Positions 19,701 through 24,000 of a stretch of 24,000 nucleotides of DNA are shown piece by piece. This DNA is from Candidatus Endobugula sp. GTDB taxonomy: Bacteria > Pseudomonadota > Gammaproteobacteria > Pseudomonadales > Cellvibrionaceae. Made by a program: the position numbers and the translations under genes. Under the pieces are notes generated by a model, which searched no databases, was not told the DNA's origin, and saw only the letters and a list, made by a program, of their open reading frames with translations. The stretch is from the NCBI GenBank assembly GCA_965225895.1, contig CBDDBR010000011.1:499526-523525 (forward strand). The letters are read 5' to 3'. Numbering within the stretch: position 1 is the stretch's first letter; the number at the start of each line of letters is the position of its first letter.

Positions 19701-20503
19701 ATTACATTAAAAGCATTCAGTTGCGTATCTTCTAGTGTTGAAAATGTATCGTTATTGGCGATTGAAGTCCCATCATCAATAGGCGTTACAATGAGTGTTA
19801 CGGTGGTGGTGCTTATCTGTCCACCAATATCGGTAATCGTATAAGTGAATGAGTCGGTGCCGTTAAAATTTGTTGCTGGTGTGTAGCTGAAGGTGAGGTC
19901 GGTTGCGAGAGTAATCGTTCCGCCATGTACCGTGGTCGCGTCATAACTTTGTATTGTTGTTGTTTCGGAGGATATGTCATTTTGCAAAACATGAATCTGG
20001 TGCAAAGTTTCGTCTTCGTTACCTGTGAAGGTATCTGGATTTGCCGTGGCTTCGACAAATAATGGTTTTTCTCTTTTAAGTGTGGAGGTATCTTTAGTAG
20101 TGAAAATATTTTTTTCTGTAGGGTCATTGAGTTTATCTACAGTTGGAAGCGTGTTGGCGTTTGTTCTTGTCCATGTGATGATGGTGTTTTCTTGAGACTG
20201 TTTGGGTGATTCATCAAGGTCTTTGTCTTTAAATTTTCCCGATGGTTTTTCTAATACAGATTCTATGTTGCCGCCTGACTGGATCAGGTGTGCTAAGGCT
20301 TCTAGTTTGCTAACAATAGTAAATGTAGAGGATATGTTATGGATAGATTCGGCTAAGGTATTGATGCTGAGTAGAGCCAGCATATTTGGTTTTTCGGCAT
20401 TTAAAGTACCGAAATTATCGGTTAATGTTTTTTGGGTTGTTAGCGGCTCCGTTGTTAGTGCTGTTAGCGGTGCCGTTTGTGTGTCGTTAATGAGTGCGTC
20501 CAT
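16754..20503 (-). CDS. Large type I-secreted RTX adhesin: cadherin-like/VCBS-type tandem repeats, a PA14-like domain, RTX nonapeptides and a duplicated C-terminal T1SS target domain
   Basis: 1249 aa, acidic and Thr/Asp/Asn-rich, with no Sec signal. See the sub-features below. The N-terminus has a weak or absent Shine-Dalgarno, so the exact start is uncertain. Confidence 0.9.
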   Translation of the reverse strand: MDALINDTQTAPLTALTTEPLTTQKTLTDNFGTLNAEKPNMLALLSINTLAESIHNISSTFTIVSKLEALAHLIQSGGNIESVLEKPSGKFKDKDLDESPKQSQENTIITWTRTNANTLPTVDKLNDPTEKNIFTTKDTSTLKREKPLFVEATANPDTFTGNEDETLHQIHVLQNDISSETTTIQSYDATTVHGGTITLATDLTFSYTPATNFNGTDSFTYTITDIGGQISTTTVTLIVTPIDDGTSIANNDTFSTLEDTQLNAFNVITNDHFFDEAHVVAYDKESSQGGTVSQIYSGVFTYTPAPNYYGIDTFTYTIRDSDGDVDRATVSITVTAVNDGAPIANNDNESTNEDTSVLIHLLNNDSLLDGALIDNIDALSKQGGSITLNSNNTVTYYPAENYNGIDTFTYTIKDNDGQTSTATVTIDILAVNDIPINTLVDTIVVPQNSIFTFNESDVSLLHVTDVDDNISSALLSVNHGTLSIDNVEAIIISNHSDTIIITGTQTAINDALNTLQYHPENNYGGFDQLTITTRDNEGATDTDTIAIKVKVEADNAIFNEASVPNSTGLVAHQYAVGTVYSHEHTELDNASTIKDDINMSETLPSSLSRSIQGVGALVQTNTIDQTNSISLGTENGNVYTLNGLIYLEAGNIYRFAGNRDDALFIELGGQEMVNTFGNSSGNFSTFVDDTTKTSTNMVSISEHSFIPPVSGYYTLEVYAANLVGAGSLALNLAVNNTDYVLSAENFSLHTNPQEVIDAGGVIHSFIAGENPQGGYFSNNSEAHAVGIEGQDVILQNFSVRPETNDELIELIINVPLNATLYDLEGHHFLSQEGHQSIDILNNEWALNSLRIHLPDASAGDTIDLNITATTQSISLDTTETHSTFSISILPIDFSGTLNNDIANAAQTGDDLLITGTGFNDTLTAEATGHTVIIGRDGNDHITGNEGNNTLYGGHGDDHIIAGAGQDVLFAGRGSDTLTGGDDTDMDRFIWLEDDGDGAVDTITDFIYGIHGDVIDLHYLLDGETSETIGDFIQLSNNALHIDSNGDGSGFTDLSIHLGDIGDTSLEDLLAHNIIVDSGRTVLRGNIDGDRIFGRSFNDITTNEDFYGNGGGDSFWGNGGADRYIIEADDNLEFIFDPALLNTQSTIRVQDFFTFGVYDGISDVDAIDLHDILIGESYDTIDDFITIDTDFSFGGVYFSVDINGDGSGTDFNIHIKQDNLDIEEELGYTDDTQQLDILQLLIDNGNIVID
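17549..17761 (-). repeat. RTX calcium-binding nonapeptide repeats (aa ~915-985)
   Basis: GRDGNDHIT GNEGNNTLY GGHGDDHII AGAGQDVLF AGRGSDTLT GGDDTD: five consecutive GGxGxDxUx-type nonamers. A second short block, GNGGGDSFWGNGGADRYII, lies at aa 1107-1125. Confidence 0.9.
18269..18811 (-). other. PA14-like (carbohydrate-binding type) domain of the adhesin, aa ~565-745; boundaries approximate
   Basis: GLIYLEAGNIYRFAGNRDDALFIELGGQEMV...SGYYTLEVYAANLVGAGSLAL matches the PA14 pattern (G.Y.F...sDDg..l.i.G......Y.i.v.y.e..G.a.l.l). Confidence 0.6.
19202..20047 (-). repeat. Three tandem cadherin-like/VCBS-type modules of about 95 aa within the adhesin (aa ~153-434); a fourth, divergent Ig-like module follows (aa ~435-553)
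   Basis: Recurring pattern: NED(T)..I.VL.ND......GG(T/S)(I/V)......(F/V)(S/T)Y.PA.N(F/Y).G.D(S/T)FTYTI.D..G....(T/A)TV(T/S)(L/I).V..(I/V)(D/N)DG. The copies are diverged at the DNA level. Confidence 0.85.
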
Positions 20504-20735
20504 AATTTTTATAGGCAGCTATATGCCTTTGCTTGTGTGCAAATAAGTCGCGTTGTTAAAGTCATAAGAATAAAATGAAGTTTATATATTATGTCGTTAT
20601 TATTTTGTCACAATATAGTAATGTGATTAAAAAGTACTCGGCAAGATGTTTTTGGTGACGTCTGTTTCTATAAATGTGATGCTTGTCTATATTGCGTGTC
20701 GTTTTTATTTTTATTGGCGTGTTTTTTTTAAATGT

Positions 20736-21344
20736 TTATTGGTTTTTTAATTGTTCGATTGTTTTTTCAAGCTCGGCAATACGTTGATCTTTTTCATGTA
20801 ATACACGGCCTACATCTTCTGCATCAATACGTTGTGGTATGTGTTGCTTACAATTTATATCCCATGCTTTTACTGTAAAAATAAGTATTTGTTCTGCTTG
20901 TGCAGAATATTCTTTTGGGTTGGGCATGAGACGACTGAGTAGGGCGGGGTCATCCTCAATAATGGTAGCGGTTCCCCATATTTTAATACGTGTACGCTGT
21001 AGATGATCTAAAAGATACAGCATGGCCTGATTGTTCTCAGATAAATTTCCTTGGGTAATGAAATGTTGATTACCTGTGAAGTCGGCAAAAGTAAGTGTTT
21101 GTTCATCTAGTATTTTTAAAAAACCTGCTGGCCCTCCACGATGTTGCATATAAGGTTGTCCATTTGCAGTTGCGGTGGCAATAAAGAAGCTGCGCATATC
21201 TGTAATATACTCAGCCAGCATGGGATTGATGGTTGTTGGCCAACTGCCATTCATTTCCATTTCGCGGTGTATATTTCTAGCGCCTTTACGAGTTTGTACG
21301 GCTTTTACAGCGTCGGTGAATGCAATGTCACTAGAGTAGGCCAT
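20736..21344 (-). CDS. Pyridoxamine 5'-phosphate oxidase-like (split-barrel FMN-binding) family protein with a C-terminal coiled-coil tail
   Basis: 202 aa. FFIATATANGQPYMQHRGGPAGFLKILDEQTLTFADFTGNQHFITQGNL is typical of the COG3576-type PNPOx-like family. The tail is DQRIAELEKTIEQLKNQ. GAGGA Shine-Dalgarno 7 nt upstream, and an 11-nt gap from the upstream reductase gene. Confidence 0.8.
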   Translation of the reverse strand: MAYSSDIAFTDAVKAVQTRKGARNIHREMEMNGSWPTTINPMLAEYITDMRSFFIATATANGQPYMQHRGGPAGFLKILDEQTLTFADFTGNQHFITQGNLSENNQAMLYLLDHLQRTRIKIWGTATIIEDDPALLSRLMPNPKEYSAQAEQILIFTVKAWDINCKQHIPQRIDAEDVGRVLHEKDQRIAELEKTIEQLKNQ

Positions 21345-21355
21345 GATAAAATCCT

Positions 21356-22348
21356 CTATTCAATGGTTGTTGTTTCAAAGGCATCTATAGCGATGTCTTG
21401 CTTATTTGCTCCTTGAAAAAAACATTGTCGTTGTAAGCTTTGTACTACCGCGGGTGAGCCACATAAAAAGACTTTGTGTCCATGCAAATCGCGGTGGCGT
21501 TCTTTGATAATGTGACTGAGGTCATGCGCTAACATACCTTGTTGAGCTTGACGTTTTACAACAGGATAGTAATGTAATAATGGATACGTTTTAGCTAATG
21601 CTTGTAACTCTTCGACATAATACAAGCCTGAGGGTTCACCACTGGCAGCATATAGGTAAATAGGTGCGCTATGCTGTTGTGCAATGGCTTCTTGTAGAAT
21701 GCCGTAAAGAGGGGCTAAGCCTGTACCCGTGGCAGCCATAACAAGTGGTTTATTGTGGTGGTCGTCAGAATAAAAGCAATCCCCTTTTGGGGGGGATAAT
21801 TGAATGGCATCACCTATATGTATCTCGTCTTGTAGCCAACGGCTGATTAGCCCTTTCTCGTGTCGTTGAATGTGTAGTTCTATCGTTTTGTTTTGGTCGC
21901 AGCGACTCGCAATCGAATAAGCGCGACCTTGTGTTGTGTTTTTCCATAGGTGAATAAATTGTCCTGCAAACCACGTAAAGCTAACTTGTAGTGTGATGCG
22001 TAATACCGTGTTATTGAGCATGTTTTTTTCAAGTACGATACCTGTTGCTAGCGTATTAGATGATCGTAGCGATACTGTTAAGTTTTGTTCGGGATAACAA
22101 CAGCAGGCTAAAAAATAATGCTGCGCTATTTGGCTAGGTGACAATCCTTGTTGTGATTGGGGGGGGATATTTCCTTGGCCTTGCATTATGCAGCTATGAC
22201 ATACCCCCGCACGACAGCTATAGGGAATAGCAAATTTTTCTCTTTCTAGCGCTTCCAATACCGATTCGCCATTATTAACGCAGACTTGCTGGTTTTCATA
22301 CTGTAAAACAACAGGCGGTGAAGAATTTTTTGAATCTGAAGTGGGCAT
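21356..22348 (-). CDS. 2Fe-2S ferredoxin / FNR-type NAD(P)H:flavin oxidoreductase fusion (AscD-like architecture)
   Basis: 330 aa. Plant-type cluster motif CRAGVCHSC...LACCC, FAD motif RAYSIAS, GLISRWL, NAD(P) motif MAATGTGLAPL, and FLCGSP. Confidence 0.88.
   Translation of the reverse strand: MPTSDSKNSSPPVVLQYENQQVCVNNGESVLEALEREKFAIPYSCRAGVCHSCIMQGQGNIPPQSQQGLSPSQIAQHYFLACCCYPEQNLTVSLRSSNTLATGIVLEKNMLNNTVLRITLQVSFTWFAGQFIHLWKNTTQGRAYSIASRCDQNKTIELHIQRHEKGLISRWLQDEIHIGDAIQLSPPKGDCFYSDDHHNKPLVMAATGTGLAPLYGILQEAIAQQHSAPIYLYAASGEPSGLYYVEELQALAKTYPLLHYYPVVKRQAQQGMLAHDLSHIIKERHRDLHGHKVFLCGSPAVVQSLQRQCFFQGANKQDIAIDAFETTTIE
21789..21795 (-). repeat. C7 homopolymer (G7 on the plus strand) inside the reductase CDS
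   Basis: tcc ccc cca encodes S-P-P in LSPPKGD. Confidence 0.95.
22159..22166 (-). repeat. C8 homopolymer (G8 on the plus strand) near the 5' end of the reductase CDS
   Basis: atc ccc ccc caa encodes I-P-P-Q (aa ~61-64). Confidence 0.95.
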
Positions 22349-22427
22349 GATAAGGCTCGATAATAACGTAAATTTTATAGACGGTTATTTTAGCATTGAG
22401 AACGTATTTTTTATAATGAAATGAAGT

Positions 22428-22456
22428 TTGACAAGGGGTTAAATAAGCAGGATATT
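22428..22456 (+). promoter_or_regulatory. Candidate sigma70 promoter for the DUF1003/mini-MscS pair
   Basis: TTGACA (22428-22433), 17-nt spacer, GATATT (22451-22456). GAGG Shine-Dalgarno at 22486-22489, 5 nt before the ATG at 22495. Confidence 0.55.
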
Positions 22457-22494
22457 GCCTGTGTTGATACGTCATTACGTTTACAGAGGTTTTT

Positions 22495-22989
22495 ATGGCA
22501 ATAATGAAGAAATATTTTGAAAAATTATCAAGTGCTTTATTGGGGCAGCGGTATAGTGAATTAAGCTCTGGTGAGAAAAAGGTGATTGATAGTATCGCTG
22601 AAAATACAGCGGTAGCAGAAAATGTTAATGAGACATTTAATAATGAATTAACCTTTGGTCAGTGTGTTGCAGATAAAATTGCGAGTTTTGGTGGTTCTTG
22701 GTTATTTATAGGCTTGTTCTTTGCTTTTATTCTTGGGTGGATTTTATTAAATACATATTGGTTGGCAGGTGGTAAGGTATTTGATCCCTACCCATTTATT
22801 TTATTGAATTTAGGTTTGTCGAGTTTGGCTGCTTTTCAAGCTCCAATCATAATGATGTCGCAAAATAGGCAAGCATCAAAAGATCGCATAGAGCAGAAGG
22901 CAACATTTGAAATTAATTTAAAGTTAGAGCTTGAATTGATGCGATTGCATGAAAAATTTGATGTTTTACAAGCGGAGTTAACGAAATAA
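22495..22989 (+). CDS. DUF1003-family membrane protein (2 TM helices plus a C-terminal coiled coil)
   Basis: 164 aa. FGGSWLFIGLFFAFILGWILLN...FDPYPFILLNLGLSSLAAFQAPIIMMSQNRQASKDR is the DUF1003 signature as I remember it. Confidence 0.8.
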   Translation: MAIMKKYFEKLSSALLGQRYSELSSGEKKVIDSIAENTAVAENVNETFNNELTFGQCVADKIASFGGSWLFIGLFFAFILGWILLNTYWLAGGKVFDPYPFILLNLGLSSLAAFQAPIIMMSQNRQASKDRIEQKATFEINLKLELELMRLHEKFDVLQAELTK

Positions 22990-23525
22990 TGAATTTTATT
23001 GTGATGATTGTGTTTGCACTCGCATTAATCGTGAGTATTCGTTTTGTTAGCTCTGTGATCGAAAAAGTCGGTGACAGCAAATCGGTGAGTGCTTACCGTG
23101 TGAAATATATTTCAAAAACAGTCAATCTATCGTTGATTGTATTCTATGTTATTTTGCTGGTGACATTTTTAGGTATAGAGTATTCGCAAGTATCTATTTT
23201 CTTTTCATCTGTATTTGCTGTGATTGGTGTTGCATTATTTGCTCAATGGTCAATTCTAAGCAATATCACAGCGAGCTTAATTATCTTTTTTGCTTTTCCT
23301 TATCGGGTAGGTGATACAGTAAAAGTGGTTGATAAAGACGATGATATTAGTGGAGTTATTGAAGAAATTTCTCTTTTTCATGTATTAGTAAGACGGGGTG
23401 ACGACGTCATTACTTACCCTAATACGCTGATCCTACAAAAAGCAGTGGTTAAGCTATCGGTTACGCCTACATTTGTACCCAAATCACAAGAAATATTGAC
23501 AGAAAAAGAGGGTGACGAAGGGTAA
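22989..23525 (+). CDS. Truncated MscS-family protein (3 TM helices plus the beta domain only; no cytoplasmic alpha-beta cage domain)
   Basis: 178 aa. The pore-like helix VFAVIGVALFAQWSILSNITASLIIFFAFPYRVGDTVKV aligns with the MscS TM3 region. The beta-domain sequence GVIEEISLFHVLVRRGDDVITYPNTLI follows, and the protein ends about 30 aa later. The start overlaps the DUF1003 stop (TAATG). GGAG lies 11 nt upstream. Confidence 0.8.
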   Translation: MNFIVMIVFALALIVSIRFVSSVIEKVGDSKSVSAYRVKYISKTVNLSLIVFYVILLVTFLGIEYSQVSIFFSSVFAVIGVALFAQWSILSNITASLIIFFAFPYRVGDTVKVVDKDDDISGVIEEISLFHVLVRRGDDVITYPNTLILQKAVVKLSVTPTFVPKSQEILTEKEGDEG

Positions 23526-23547
23526 TTTTTTATTTTTTGTACGATGA

Positions 23548-23644
23548 TTTTTTATGGCTAATGTACAAAGTAAATAATTTTTTATTATATAAATCAAATG
23601 CCTATAATTTTTTTTTAGAAAAATATCGTAGTGCAAGTTTTTTT
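23548..23644. repeat. Four T6-T9 tracts spaced exactly 30 bp apart in an AT-rich intergenic region
   Basis: T-runs start at 23548, 23578, 23608 and 23638. Two more T6 runs lie at 23526 and 23533. Confidence 0.75.
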
Positions 23645-23739
23645 CGATCTTTAAGGTGCTCTCGATTTGATAGAAAAGTCAAAATATTACACTACACTGT
23701 AATAGATTAAATGGATTATATGACTAATATGAGAGTTTT

Positions 23740-24000
23740 ATGATGAAAAAATATATATCGGTGTTGTTATCTATTGTAAGTGTGTTTTCTGTATGTGCTA
23801 CTGCGGCTGAAGATAGCGCTTATGAACCAAACGATCAGGATAATACAAGCAGTGTTGGCGCTACAGATGCGCTTAGTCAGCAGCGTGAAGTGCTGGCGCG
23901 TAATACACGTAATAAAGGTTTTGGCCCTCAATCTCCACGAGATATTGATGATGCGACGGGTAATAACTACCGTACATTTAGTCATGCACCGCAATATCAA
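23740..24000 (+). CDS. 5' fragment of a secreted protein of unknown function (continues past the window end)
   Basis: This ORF is absent from the supplied track because it has no stop in the window. GAGAG Shine-Dalgarno at 23731-23735. MMKKYISVLLSIVSVFSVCATA|AED is a Sec signal with an AxA site. 87 codons are open to nt 24000. Confidence 0.6.
   Translation, partial: MMKKYISVLLSIVSVFSVCATAAEDSAYEPNDQDNTSSVGATDALSQQREVLARNTRNKGFGPQSPRDIDDATGNNYRTFSHAPQYQ

Noticed and set aside
16801-20546. About a dozen 60-160-aa ORFs on both strands within the adhesin gene
   Set aside because: They lie inside a continuous 1249-codon frame with clear domain repeats, and their translations are low-complexity.
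20590-20625. CRP-like site (TGTCAC-N10-TGTGAT) upstream of the adhesin gene
   Set aside because: The half-site orientation and spacing do not match TGTGA-N6-TCACA.
20692-20730. Terminator downstream of the PNPOx-like gene
   Set aside because: GCGTGTCGTTTTT and GCGTGTTTTTTTT are direct repeats, not inverted repeats. No stem can form, so no intrinsic terminator is called.
23920-23960. Alpha-carbonic-anhydrase assignment for the partial secreted protein, based on QSPRDID resembling the QSP(I/V)(D/N)I motif
   Set aside because: The preceding HW.Y/GP..W context is missing, and only 87 aa are visible. A single short motif is insufficient.
23767-24000. 77-aa minus-strand ORF from the track
   Set aside because: It is Arg/Cys/Ile-rich with no start context. 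The opposite strand has a Shine-Dalgarno plus signal-peptide ORF that better explains the region.

Overview
This is a 24-kb chromosomal segment from an AT-rich gammaproteobacterium. Gene content and fdxA-mutS synteny suggest a marine Alteromonadales-, Vibrio- or Pseudomonas-like organism, but the taxon is inference only. I can support 20 protein-coding genes, two of them truncated by the window edges. In order they are: yafV-like amidase (3' end), OprF/OmpA-like porin, MscS, 2-Cys peroxiredoxin, 7Fe ferredoxin FdxA, MutS, a methyl-accepting chemotaxis protein, RlmA, YeaD-like hexose-6-P mutarotase, SlyB lipoprotein, Tat-exported PhoX phosphatase preceded by a Pho box, a GbsR/MarR-type regulator followed by a short (CIO-like) cytochrome bd oxidase pair, a 1249-aa cadherin-repeat/PA14/RTX type I-secreted adhesin, a 2Fe-2S/FNR reductase plus PNPOx-like flavoprotein pair, a translationally coupled DUF1003 plus truncated MscS-like pair, and the 5' end of an unknown secreted protein. 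I found no rRNA, tRNA, CRISPR array, transposase, integrase or recognisable defence-system gene. Most of the window is ordinary housekeeping DNA. The less ordinary part is about 16.3-24.0 kb. It holds a repeat-rich 406-bp intergenic region (22-bp tandem repeats and other direct repeats), an orphan giant adhesin with no cognate T1SS genes, and a divergent four-gene cluster of poorly characterised redox and membrane proteins. The reductase gene in that cluster carries C8 and C7 homopolymer tracts. I regard the DUF1003/mini-MscS pair and the reductase/PNPOx-like pair as the best candidates for an undescribed functional module, but this rests on gene arrangement and domain logic, not on demonstrated novelty.
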